From a virus: DNA of 64,000 nt. A program made the position numbers and the translations under genes. Under the pieces are notes generated by a model. That model was not told the DNA's origin. It searched no databases and saw only the letters and a program-made list of their open reading frames with translations. The stretch spans positions 32,001 through 96,000 of IMG/VR virus record IMGVR_UViG_3300026512_000003; one strand, 5' to 3'. This document shows positions 31,538 to 41,144 of this stretch, piece after piece. The first letter of the stretch is position 1, and each line of letters starts with the position of its first letter.

Positions 31538-32166
31538 TCAGTCAGTCCTGGATGAAGAAGAAGATGTGAAATTCTCCAAAAATCAACACTTTGTTGGATA
31601 ATCATTGTAATTTTGGCATCAGACATAGCGTATAAAAATTGAAATTTATCCTCTATTTCCATTTCTGACAAATCATCACCATCAATTTCAACAAGAGCAT
31701 ATGATAAGTTTCGAATTTGAGTGAGTGTTTCATATTGTTTTTCTGTAATTGGATCAACCATCAACCTTCTAACATATTCTAAATAATCAGTAAAATCATT
31801 AATAGTTTTGCTTCTAAGAGTGAAAGTACTACCAAATGGTAACTTATATGATTTTTCAAAATATCCTAAAGGGGATAAGACTTCTCTAGCTGCTTTTATG
31901 ACATCTTCTTCGTCTACTTCTAAGTTAGATACTGCTAACTCAAAAGGTTGTTCACTAATCTCATCCATAAGTTCCTTATAGCGTTCTTCGTCTGTTCTCG
32001 TATCTACTTCTTCTTGCTGTTCAATATCATCAACATCTTCTTTTTTGTCTTCAGCTGTTTTATTGGACGCATATTTATTTTTTTCTACAAAAGAACTATC
32101 TTCAAAATCAATTGCTTCTGTTGAGATAGAGTCTTCTGTTAAAGTTTCTTGTGCTACATCTTGCAT
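31510..32166 (-). CDS. tail assembly chaperone (gpG-like)
   Basis: Acidic 218-aa protein with TFTLRSKT and LSYALVEIDG segments typical of tail chaperones, ending in a D-F slippery site. Confidence 0.65.
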   Translation of the reverse strand: MQDVAQETLTEDSISTEAIDFEDSSFVEKNKYASNKTAEDKKEDVDDIEQQEEVDTRTDEERYKELMDEISEQPFELAVSNLEVDEEDVIKAAREVLSPLGYFEKSYKLPFGSTFTLRSKTINDFTDYLEYVRRLMVDPITEKQYETLTQIRNLSYALVEIDGDDLSEMEIEDKFQFLYAMSDAKITMIIQQSVDFWRISHLLLHPGLTDFLLEQPQQ

Positions 32167-32179
32167 ATTTCTTTCCTTT

Positions 32180-33601
32180 TTATTGTTTTATCATGACGAC
32201 AGCTTTTGTTTTTCCAAGTAGAAAACTTAACTCTAAGGCTTGTTTTAAAACAGTGCTGACAACTTTTGTAGGGTCGAGAGCTTTATTTTTATTACCACCG
32301 CATTTCTCAAACAGAGCCAATCCTGCTTGATACAGATCTGTCTTCGTCTGTAAGCCTTTTAAAGCATCACGGTATGCTACGGCTCCTCCTGGAACCACTC
32401 CACCTGCTAAAGCCAAGGAAACAGCATTTACGCAATCGTCAGCTCGATCTTTTCTTTCCACAAGAGAACTTTTACTGTCTCCTCCAAGAATTACGCTTAC
32501 AGATTTTTGCTTCACAATCGAAGTTAAAATTTTATACATATCACGCTCTTCGTCAGTAGTGGCGTCACCCTGCAGTTCTAGGTATCTATTAGCTAAAAGA
32601 TTACATTTGTCGCTATCTCCATTACCTATAAATCTAACACTATTTTTGTTCATAGAAAAATTTTGAATTTCTGGACATCTTTCGATATCAATATCACCTA
32701 TCTCTATCCCTCTAGAATCTCCCAAAATTGAATCCTGACCACAAGCAGTACTTAATGCTTCAGCCAAAAGACTATTTCCTACCGCTGAACCACCATTGTA
32801 GATAACAGGAGCAATATTAATAGAATGTCCATTGTTTAGCATCATAGTAGACAGTGAATTCACAGCGAAACCAGGTGCTATAATAATTAAATTTTCAATT
32901 TCTGTCTCTACACATTTGTTTATCAAATTAAATACTGTATCCTCCCCTATAATTTCAGAATCAGAGATTACAACCGAAGCTTGGTCAAAAAATACCTCGT
33001 ATCCATTTGCTTTATGCAAAAAAGAATCATTCGCAAGGTACCCTGAAAATGCTATTCCATTATAAGTAGAGACAGCTGATTTATGACCAACTTTCATTTC
33101 CACAATAACAGTGCCTAGATTATCTTCGTCTGCTTTGTGGTAAGCATCCAATATAAGGCCTGCGAGTTCAGAGTCTCCAGCTACAGATGTTTCAGCAACT
33201 TGTAACAACTCTTTTGAGTTAATAGAAACAGGGACTGACATTTTCTTAAGATTATTTTCAATATTTTTCAAAATATTTGTTTTATTCATATAATCTTCAG
33301 CCTTAAACCTTTTGTAAATCTCATTTGCAAGTAATATTGTAGATGTTGTCCCATCTCCTACAATTGCAAGAGTATTTAAAGAAGCCTCTTTGATTATTTC
33401 AAGGACTCCGTTTTCTGAAAGATCATCAGAATAAAGAGATCTTAATACAGATACCCCATCTTTAGTTATTACAGATTTTTTTCCTGAAGTTAGGATTACA
33501 AAGTCGCCTTTTGCTCCATATGTCTGTTCAACAAGTAGCGCTGCTCCAGTAATGGCACTACCTACAATGTTACTTCTTGATTGTAAAGTTGCTTGAATCA
33601 T
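32180..33601 (-). CDS. groEL: phage-encoded GroEL-like chaperonin (473 aa)
   Basis: TYGAKG, ITKDGVSV, GDGTTST, ERKDRADD, GVVPGGAVA, LDPTKVV motifs; divergent and shortened. Confidence 0.92.
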   Translation of the reverse strand: MIQATLQSRSNIVGSAITGAALLVEQTYGAKGDFVILTSGKKSVITKDGVSVLRSLYSDDLSENGVLEIIKEASLNTLAIVGDGTTSTILLANEIYKRFKAEDYMNKTNILKNIENNLKKMSVPVSINSKELLQVAETSVAGDSELAGLILDAYHKADEDNLGTVIVEMKVGHKSAVSTYNGIAFSGYLANDSFLHKANGYEVFFDQASVVISDSEIIGEDTVFNLINKCVETEIENLIIIAPGFAVNSLSTMMLNNGHSINIAPVIYNGGSAVGNSLLAEALSTACGQDSILGDSRGIEIGDIDIERCPEIQNFSMNKNSVRFIGNGDSDKCNLLANRYLELQGDATTDEERDMYKILTSIVKQKSVSVILGGDSKSSLVERKDRADDCVNAVSLALAGGVVPGGAVAYRDALKGLQTKTDLYQAGLALFEKCGGNKNKALDPTKVVSTVLKQALELSFLLGKTKAVVMIKQ

Positions 33602-33849
33602 TATTGAACTCCTGCAATGATATCTTCTGGAGTAATATAGACATAATCTTCATTTTCATATTCAAATTCCATTCCACTAAACCGAGCTATTAAATATTTC
33701 TCGTTTTTTTTCACATTTTCTACAGCACTTGAAAGGATAATCACCTCTAAAGGTTTCTCTTTATTTGAAGATGTTCTTTTTACTCCATTTTTGTTCTCGG
33801 TCTCTGTTCCAATTCTGCGACAAAGAATTCCTGAATAGGGAAATAACAT
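33601..33849 (-). CDS. groES: GroES-like co-chaperonin (82 aa)
   Basis: LFP...ILCRR, VKKNEKYLIARFSGMEFEYENEDYVYITPEDIIAGV matches the GroES C-terminus. Start re-called to the ATG at 33849 behind AAGGAG; TAATG overlap with groEL. Confidence 0.85.
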   Translation of the reverse strand: MLFPYSGILCRRIGTETENKNGVKRTSSNKEKPLEVIILSSAVENVKKNEKYLIARFSGMEFEYENEDYVYITPEDIIAGVQ

Positions 33850-33923
33850 AGTAGCTCCTTTTTTAAACATAAGTATAGCCATATATTCTTAAAAATCTTT
33901 GAATAAAAGCGAAGTATTAGGCA

Positions 33924-36900
33924 TTATCCCCTAGAAACTACAACTTTTTGTGTTGATGTTTTACTATTGATTTCTTTCAGCACAGCTAGTATCTGACCCC
34001 ATATATCTGTTAATGATGAGGTGCTTTTATCTTCTGATGAACCTACTTTTGAAGTTTTGGACATATCTGAAACCTTAGGACTAGAAACACCTACATTTAA
34101 ATCAAGTTTCGATTGGAAATCCTGAAGACTTTCTTTGTCTACGGCACCAGTTCCTCCATTGTGTCGAGCTTCTCTTTCTAAGGTATGTCGAATTTCTAAA
34201 TTTCTAGCATATTTTACAGCTTCTGTTTCAAAAGATTTTTTAGTCTCAACTTTTTTTATTTCTATATTTGCACTAGAATCTTTAGTGATATCGTAACTAT
34301 GTCTTCTGTGTTCTGTATGAGATACTATTGAATCATCAACATGAGTTAACCTTTTATTATTGTTTTCAGACTTCTTAGAGGAAACGCTATGAGAAACATC
34401 TATCTTAGTTGTTTTGGCTTCTGTTCTGAATACTTTAAGGCTAGAGAGTTCTATATTTTCATCTCTAACTTTAACAGACTCTTTTTTTCCTGTTAAATGA
34501 AGATAAATACTCGCTGTATTTTGTTCAATTTTTGCTAAATGATTTTCGATAGGACTTCCTCCACCATTTAGATTCTGAGAAAGCATACCTAGAGTTCCTC
34601 CAGTATTTCCAGACATATCAAACATCTGTCTAGCTATAGCCGAACCACTCTTCTTGTCATCCCCTGATAAAGCGTCTCTAGCTTCTAATAAGTTATTGTC
34701 GAAAGCTGTTCTATCCTCTGTCTTTTTAGCTTCAGCAACTTTTACATCTTTCATGATGTCTAAATTTGTTTTAGCATAATAATTACCATCTTTCCCTTTT
34801 TTTAATAATCCCATGATGGACTCTGCCATCTCTAGCTTGTTTTTAGAACCAAATGTTTCTCCAAAAGCTTTAGATGTTGCATCAGCTAGGTTAGTACCAG
34901 CTGCAATTTTAGAGGATTTTGTTGCAAATTCAGACAAGTTATCAACAATATGAGAATTTCCTGCAAGAGACATTACAGCACTTTCTTCTTTTTCTGATAA
35001 GTTAAATTTTTTAAGAATTTTCATTGAATGTATTTGGTCTGTAACAACAGATCTGTCTGTACCTCTAGCTTTGTAATCGTCAGATATTGTTTGAAGGGCC
35101 TCTGTCATAGAGTCTTTCTTTTTAGATCCACTAAATATAGTTGTTGCTCTAGATAGATCTTGAGATCCTAAGATTTCTTTTGACAATTTCCCCATTTGTC
35201 CTGTATGTTCTAAACTAAAAACCTCTGATGGGGAATATTGCCCTATAGCGGATGCTTCTGCGTTCTTCGTCAGTAAATTGCCTGCAGCTTTTTGAAAAGT
35301 AACAGCTTCATCTTTCGAGAAGCCTTTTTTTAGCAAACTATCATAAAATTCACTTTCTTTTAGGTCCTTTGCAAACTTCTGTCTTTCTTCTACAGTAACC
35401 TTTCCTTTATAATCATAACCCATTGATGATAAAACAGAATGCATACTGTATCCAGAATGCTTAATACTTTCAGCTCCTCTCAAATTTAGTTTTTCCTGAG
35501 CCTGATTGTATTCTCCGTAAGCTTTCTCTTTTATTCCTTTTGTGATACCAATTAAGCTATTTGCCCCTAATTTGCTTCTTGTGTCGGAGTCTATAGTATC
35601 ATAAATTTCTTTTCCATACTTAACAGTTGCTTTTTCTGTGCCGTATTGCTCAGACAGTTCATCAAAGCGATCTTGTTTAAAAAGATTTGCACCTATTATT
35701 TTTGAAACAACATTTTGTTTCTTTTTATAAGAAAGTTCTTGTAGTTCTGCATGAGATTTTGTCATACTCTTGACATTGCTACCTTGTTTCAATTTGTTTA
35801 AATCATACATACTCCAACCAGAAGCACTTGTTTCAAGTTCAGAGGCACCTTTTTTTGCTAGGTAATCAAAAGATGAGAAAAATTTATTGTCCTCATTCAT
35901 AATGTCTTTATTGAATTTCTCAGAAGATGAAATATTTAAAGAAGTGTCGACAAGTTTCTTAACTTGAGTAAGACTTTTTTTACCTTCAAGATCTTCTACT
36001 GATTGTAGTTCTTTTGCATGTATATCATTTAGGTTGTCGTTTTGATATTTATAACCATGTGCATATCTTATCATTGTGGAAGTTCTATTGCCATTGTATA
36101 TTTGCCATTTACCATGAGCTGCATTGTTTATGTAGTTAAAATCCTTGTCTCTAACATCGTCTTTTGTCCATCCAAGACCTCTACCAATAGCATGTAAACT
36201 ATCAAAAGAGTTAAGAAAAGTCCCAGCGTTATCTACTCCTGCTCCAACAGCAGAAAATATTCCATTTATATCGTGCTTCTGTTTTCCAACTGCATCTCTA
36301 GCTCTCTCGAGTGCAAACCCCTCGTCTGTACTACGAAATAAATTTCTTGTAGTATCTAAAAGAGTACCCTCATTTTTTTTCCTTACAGCTGCATATTTTA
36401 TAGCATTATCCATGTCTTCTGAGGTTACATCTCTTTTCTTTTCAAATCTATTTGTTCCAGAAAGAATAAACCAATCTAACCCTTGAGCTGTAGCAAGTTT
36501 TGCTTTTTCAATTCTATTTGCAAAAGTATTAGTTTTCCTAGAGTGACTTTCTTGTTCAATTTTCCTTGCGGCTTCATTTTGGTCTCTGTAAACAGAAATC
36601 CCTTTATTATACTCATCTGCGTAGTCTGAAACACCTTGATTATACTGTACATGGTTAATTGCACGGAATGTGGAATCTTCTTGTAGCCTAAAAACTTTTT
36701 CTTGTTGTTTTGCTAAAAACTCTGTATTTTTCTCATTTACATTAATTCTTGCGCTAGATGCTGAATTTGTCAGGGTTCTAGTGTCGCCTTGATATATAGC
36801 AGTCCATTCTGTTAATCCAAGTGCTCCAGAATTATGTAAGCTATCCGTTTTTTTCTGTAGACTTCCACCAGCTTCTACATATTCAGAAAGTCTTGACATG

Positions 36901-38114
36901 GCTTCGTTATCTTTTTTGTTTCGTTGTTTCTTTGTAAGTTTTCCCCATTTTTCATCACCACCAACAGATTCTATAGCATCTGCATGTGATAAGACTTCTA
37001 AAGCACTGACAGAAAGCACATTTTTTTCTAAAAAGCTATATCTTCCTTTCTCCCCTGAAGTAAAAGAAGCTGCCATATTAAAAGCATCCTGTTGTGCTTG
37101 TTTATGATCATCTTTATTCATAAAATGGCTACCTGCTCCAGAAGTAAATCCTCTATCCCCAAACATAGCAAGTTTCATGTATGTAGATGCTTTCATAACC
37201 CCAGCTTGTTCTTGGCTTTGACCCCTCTGAAGATTATGTTCCATATAATCTTTTTCTTTAACTCCTAAGGCTCGAGCAGTAACACCAAGCGCTCTTGCCG
37301 CTTCCATACCTTTTCTGTCACTAAGCCCTATACCATTAAGTTTTCTCATAGTGTCCATTATGACACCTATGTTAGAATCTCCCATTATTTCAACAAGGCT
37401 TTTTGCTGTTTGGGTCATTTCTTTCAGTTTACTTTTGATTCCAGAAGTATTAGTTGTTCCCTTAACTGCTCCTGTCCTAATACCTTCATCGAGTATTCTT
37501 CCTATTTGTCCCATACTCATAGATTGGTCCTGCATAAACATGTCTTCTATCCCAGAATTAACTTCTTTTGCTTGTTTCATGTTGTATCCGAAACTTCCAT
37601 AAGAAGATTTTGCATTTCCTAATCTCATAAGAGAGGAATGGGTATTTGCTATTCTATTTCCTCTCCTTGCTATTGATTCACCTACAAACCCTCCAATGGT
37701 ATCTCCAGCTACTGTTCCGAGTATCATGCCTGGAAGTCCACCAAGCTTAGAACCAACAAAGCCACCAAGTATACTACCTGACTCATCTATTAATCCCGCT
37801 TCAATAGATGTTTTAGCCCTAAAGCTAGAGTTTTCCATATGAGCTCTATAAAAACCTCCTTGAGATGCTTGTGGTGTAGGAACAATTCCCATAGTTTGCT
37901 TAAATGAATCCATGAAGTGATTTCTATATAACCCAGAATAAGGACCGTTAAGAGGACTTTGTTGTTGCCCACCAAAGACACTTTTCATTGTAGGAAGCGT
38001 GTCGTAAGACATGTAGCCTTGTGCTCCACTGGTCATCATTCCTGGTGTAGCAGTATATCCTTGCCATGGGTTCATATACATAGCACTAGTGGTTTGTTGC
38101 ATTAATGGGTCCAA
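33924..38114 (-). CDS. tail tape measure protein (1396 aa)
   Basis: Long, helical, A/G/K/S-rich protein; Gly-rich hydrophobic stretch ILGGFVGSKLGGLPGMILGTVAG; C-terminal QILAVLKEINSK; TTG start with AAGGAG RBS. Confidence 0.7.
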   Translation of the reverse strand: MDPLMQQTTSAMYMNPWQGYTATPGMMTSGAQGYMSYDTLPTMKSVFGGQQQSPLNGPYSGLYRNHFMDSFKQTMGIVPTPQASQGGFYRAHMENSSFRAKTSIEAGLIDESGSILGGFVGSKLGGLPGMILGTVAGDTIGGFVGESIARRGNRIANTHSSLMRLGNAKSSYGSFGYNMKQAKEVNSGIEDMFMQDQSMSMGQIGRILDEGIRTGAVKGTTNTSGIKSKLKEMTQTAKSLVEIMGDSNIGVIMDTMRKLNGIGLSDRKGMEAARALGVTARALGVKEKDYMEHNLQRGQSQEQAGVMKASTYMKLAMFGDRGFTSGAGSHFMNKDDHKQAQQDAFNMAASFTSGEKGRYSFLEKNVLSVSALEVLSHADAIESVGGDEKWGKLTKKQRNKKDNEAMSRLSEYVEAGGSLQKKTDSLHNSGALGLTEWTAIYQGDTRTLTNSASSARINVNEKNTEFLAKQQEKVFRLQEDSTFRAINHVQYNQGVSDYADEYNKGISVYRDQNEAARKIEQESHSRKTNTFANRIEKAKLATAQGLDWFILSGTNRFEKKRDVTSEDMDNAIKYAAVRKKNEGTLLDTTRNLFRSTDEGFALERARDAVGKQKHDINGIFSAVGAGVDNAGTFLNSFDSLHAIGRGLGWTKDDVRDKDFNYINNAAHGKWQIYNGNRTSTMIRYAHGYKYQNDNLNDIHAKELQSVEDLEGKKSLTQVKKLVDTSLNISSSEKFNKDIMNEDNKFFSSFDYLAKKGASELETSASGWSMYDLNKLKQGSNVKSMTKSHAELQELSYKKKQNVVSKIIGANLFKQDRFDELSEQYGTEKATVKYGKEIYDTIDSDTRSKLGANSLIGITKGIKEKAYGEYNQAQEKLNLRGAESIKHSGYSMHSVLSSMGYDYKGKVTVEERQKFAKDLKESEFYDSLLKKGFSKDEAVTFQKAAGNLLTKNAEASAIGQYSPSEVFSLEHTGQMGKLSKEILGSQDLSRATTIFSGSKKKDSMTEALQTISDDYKARGTDRSVVTDQIHSMKILKKFNLSEKEESAVMSLAGNSHIVDNLSEFATKSSKIAAGTNLADATSKAFGETFGSKNKLEMAESIMGLLKKGKDGNYYAKTNLDIMKDVKVAEAKKTEDRTAFDNNLLEARDALSGDDKKSGSAIARQMFDMSGNTGGTLGMLSQNLNGGGSPIENHLAKIEQNTASIYLHLTGKKESVKVRDENIELSSLKVFRTEAKTTKIDVSHSVSSKKSENNNKRLTHVDDSIVSHTEHRRHSYDITKDSSANIEIKKVETKKSFETEAVKYARNLEIRHTLEREARHNGGTGAVDKESLQDFQSKLDLNVGVSSPKVSDMSKTSKVGSSEDKSTSSLTDIWGQILAVLKEINSKTSTQKVVVSRG

Positions 38115-38127
38115 AACAGCTCCTTTG

Positions 38128-38871
38128 TTAATTGTCTAAAATAACAGTGTGATTTGCTTCGATAATTATACTATTTTGTAACTCTTGATAAGCTTTTTTC
38201 AAGTGAATGATAAGCATCTGATTTTCAAATTCTATGTTCACAGGTGAATCTATTGGTTCGTCTATAGGAATCGAATCGCCTATTTCTTTTGAAAAAGCTA
38301 ATGGATATTTTAAGTTATATGTGTTTGTGTCTGTGGAAACAATATCTCTTTCTTGTGATATGTCAGTTATATCTTCTGTTTTTTTAGAAAAAGTTACTTG
38401 GATTCTTTCTTGAAGTAGTCTTAAATATTTATTCGAGCCAACCATGGTATGAATTTTACCTTCAATATCAATATTCTTTGAAAAGATTACTTGAAATAAA
38501 TTAGGATCCTGCTCTATTTGAGTTAGTAATACTGTTTTGTCCTCAGTAAACCATTCTAACGACTTATCAAAAGGACCACTCGCATCTACTTGATACCATG
38601 TGCCAAGTATATGAACCCTAGAAATAGTATTTGATATATCTTCACCAAAAAAATTTTCTAAAACAAACTCAGTGTCTGATATGCTTTTAATTATAGAAGG
38701 AAGAATAACTTTTCCAAGACCCATATTTTTTAAAGAAAAAATTATAGCCTGTTCTATATCTAAAATCATTTTTGTGCTAACTTGCACATAAGGATCTTCT
38801 TTGAAAATTTGAGCTCTATAAGGATAAAGTATGTTATAAGGTGACAACATCGCCAGTCTCTTCAATAACAA
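38128..38871 (-). CDS. putative baseplate wedge protein
   Basis: Follows and overlaps the baseplate-like gene; call is mainly positional. Confidence 0.4.
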   Translation of the reverse strand: MLLKRLAMLSPYNILYPYRAQIFKEDPYVQVSTKMILDIEQAIIFSLKNMGLGKVILPSIIKSISDTEFVLENFFGEDISNTISRVHILGTWYQVDASGPFDKSLEWFTEDKTVLLTQIEQDPNLFQVIFSKNIDIEGKIHTMVGSNKYLRLLQERIQVTFSKKTEDITDISQERDIVSTDTNTYNLKYPLAFSKEIGDSIPIDEPIDSPVNIEFENQMLIIHLKKAYQELQNSIIIEANHTVILDN

Positions 38872-40075
38872 CAGTTAAAGCTTTCAGAAAAGATGCTTCT
38901 GGCGTAATCCATCTAGCTACAGAGTTTGTTCCTACATCAAATCCTTCTCTATTTAAGAGTGCTTTTTTCTTTGTTAAAGGATTTACATATAAATCAACTT
39001 CTGTTTTTATAACAAAATTGTGCATTTTAACAAGTTGTTCCCCTAACAATTCAATATTCTGTGAAAAAACATTACCTATAACAGCTTTTGAAAAAATCTT
39101 TTTTACAAGTTCTAAGCCACTCGTGTTACGAAGAAAAATGGTAGCTTTACCATATGTATGTCCTCTAAAAAAAATTTGATATGCAGGATATTGTAATTTA
39201 ATATCAGATTCTTGGAGGTCATCACTTTCATAATAATACCCTACAAACTGAAGACTTGAATTTGGAGGAATAGTAAAAGAGATTGCTTGGCTTTCACATC
39301 CTACATATGTTTCCAGAGAATCACACTTTACGCCATTTGTGTAGTTGAACATGTCAAAGTATGCCCATTTTCTTTTTTTAAGTTGTAGAACATCAGCATC
39401 ATCTGTAGTGCTTATTGAAAATGATTTTTTTATAAGAGTTGGTTTCGTTAGAATATCTAAAGTACCAGACACATTTCCACCCATCTTTAAGTTAGCTAAC
39501 AACGATATGTCTTCACCGGTTAATGGAGTATTTTCTAGCTCAAGAACAGGAATATCTTGCTTTAAATTCTCTACAACAAGAGGAGCAATAAATTTGCTCT
39601 TCCTAAATTTCTGTAACTCTATTGATGTTCTTAATAGATTAATACTTGCTCCATAGATACTTCCAAAAGAATAACCATATGTATCTAAAATGCTTCTTGA
39701 AATTTTTCCTATTTCTAATGTTGTCAAAGACATCTTACTCTCAATCAGCCCTACGAGTTCATGAGTTGTTTTTTCTTCTATATTTATCCCCATAGATGAT
39801 GCGAATGAACTAACTATTGTATCTATTGTTGTTTGCGAAATATCGGGGTTGTTTATAGTTTCAGTTAAACTAAAAGGTGTTGTCATTTGTGTGAGGCTAT
39901 AATTGTGAAAAAGCATTACATAAAAAAGGGGTTGTTCTAAAAAATTTTCTACTAAAACACTCTCATCGGTAGTCATATTTTGAGGTAACACTGACTGAAC
40001 CTGACGAACCACATCTGCATGAATAGCCTGCTTCATGTCATCGGAAACAACTAGCTCTAAATCTTTGAGTACCAC
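38834..40075 (-). CDS. putative baseplate wedge (gpJ/gp6-like) protein
   Basis: N-terminal helical segment (VQSVLPQNMTTDESVLVENFLEQPL) resembles baseplate J N-termini; adjacent to the tape measure gene. Confidence 0.4.
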   Translation of the reverse strand: MVLKDLELVVSDDMKQAIHADVVRQVQSVLPQNMTTDESVLVENFLEQPLFYVMLFHNYSLTQMTTPFSLTETINNPDISQTTIDTIVSSFASSMGINIEEKTTHELVGLIESKMSLTTLEIGKISRSILDTYGYSFGSIYGASINLLRTSIELQKFRKSKFIAPLVVENLKQDIPVLELENTPLTGEDISLLANLKMGGNVSGTLDILTKPTLIKKSFSISTTDDADVLQLKKRKWAYFDMFNYTNGVKCDSLETYVGCESQAISFTIPPNSSLQFVGYYYESDDLQESDIKLQYPAYQIFFRGHTYGKATIFLRNTSGLELVKKIFSKAVIGNVFSQNIELLGEQLVKMHNFVIKTEVDLYVNPLTKKKALLNREGFDVGTNSVARWITPEASFLKALTVVIEETGDVVTL

Positions 40076-41086
40076 TTACATTATCCCTAACATCTTGTCA
40101 TAATTATCTACCTTGCCTGCCACAGAAGCACCTGTTATCCCAGCACCTCCATAAAACATAGCTCTATCTAGACCATTTAATTTTTTTTTAGGGCCTTTTT
40201 TGAAAAGAGACAAAGTGGAATGTCCTATATCCTGTGCTTTGTTTATAGATTTTATTGTACCTTTTGTTGCTGAAAGTGCCCCTTTTCCAAGAGCTCCCAC
40301 TCCAGTCAACCCCCAATTTAATATTTTGGAAGTAAGCATAGCGATAGCTTCTTTGTCTGAACCTTCTTTTAATAGCATATCTAACTGATGAACAGAAGAG
40401 AGGGTGTCGACCATATTTGAATGCTTTTCCCCAGAGAATTCATCTGTAGCAACTTTCGTAAGAACTTGCTCATTCATATTTAATCTGTTCACTATTAAAG
40501 GAAGAGAGTCCACTAGGTCATGTTCCATTGCAACTTTTACTAAGCCTCTAACCTCTTCTTCTGAATTAAGACTGTTTGCTATTTTGTCACAAGCAAAATC
40601 AAGAGTTTCTTTTGCTTTAAATATTAAGCTATTCTCTCTTTTTTTGTTTGTCTCAGCCTGTATGTCTTGAGCTGAAGCTATCTTCGTCATAAGAAATTTG
40701 TCGTCAGCTTCTTTTAAGAGTGTCGTGCTTGAAGATGTTTTTGCTTTAAATCTTTTAGAAGACTGTAATACGAACATATCATCAGTAATAATAAATTCAG
40801 GACGAACACCACTCCCTACATCATCAGAGGCCGTCTTAGTTAAAACAGACGCTGTCTTCTGTATGGAGCTATTAGCAGCACTGTCTGTTGACGACGGAGT
40901 TATAACATCAAAAGAAATATCACCATCTGTGGATTTATCAGCAATTCTACTTAAAAAGAATTGCTTATTTACCTCTCTAGCTAAACTAACCTGATGTGTT
41001 TCATCTAAGGCTGCGGCTTCTTTGCTAAAATCAGTATACGGATCCTCAGAGGACGCTATTTGTATTGCCAATTGTTTAATGTCCAT
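40076..41086 (-). CDS. putative internal head/ejection protein with K-x-A-rich leader
   Basis: Seven strict and two relaxed K-x-A motifs, then a basic Gly-rich tail with two hydrophobic segments. Confidence 0.55.
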   Translation of the reverse strand: MDIKQLAIQIASSEDPYTDFSKEAAALDETHQVSLAREVNKQFFLSRIADKSTDGDISFDVITPSSTDSAANSSIQKTASVLTKTASDDVGSGVRPEFIITDDMFVLQSSKRFKAKTSSSTTLLKEADDKFLMTKIASAQDIQAETNKKRENSLIFKAKETLDFACDKIANSLNSEEEVRGLVKVAMEHDLVDSLPLIVNRLNMNEQVLTKVATDEFSGEKHSNMVDTLSSVHQLDMLLKEGSDKEAIAMLTSKILNWGLTGVGALGKGALSATKGTIKSINKAQDIGHSTLSLFKKGPKKKLNGLDRAMFYGGAGITGASVAGKVDNYDKMLGIM

Positions 41087-41101
41087 TCTCTCATCCTTGT
41101 T

Positions 41102-41144
41102 GTGTATTCTAGTGTTGCCACCGAAGTGACAACTAAGAATACAC
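41102..41144 (-). other. intergenic RNA hairpin with C(UUCG)G tetraloop
   Basis: GTGTATTCTTAG-TTGTCAC-TTCG-GTGGCAA-CACTAGAATACAC; no U-tract follows. Confidence 0.7.

Noticed and set aside
33872-33877. TATACT promoter upstream of groES
   Set aside because: Plausible -10 but no -35 or exact TG extension; too weak to list as a feature.
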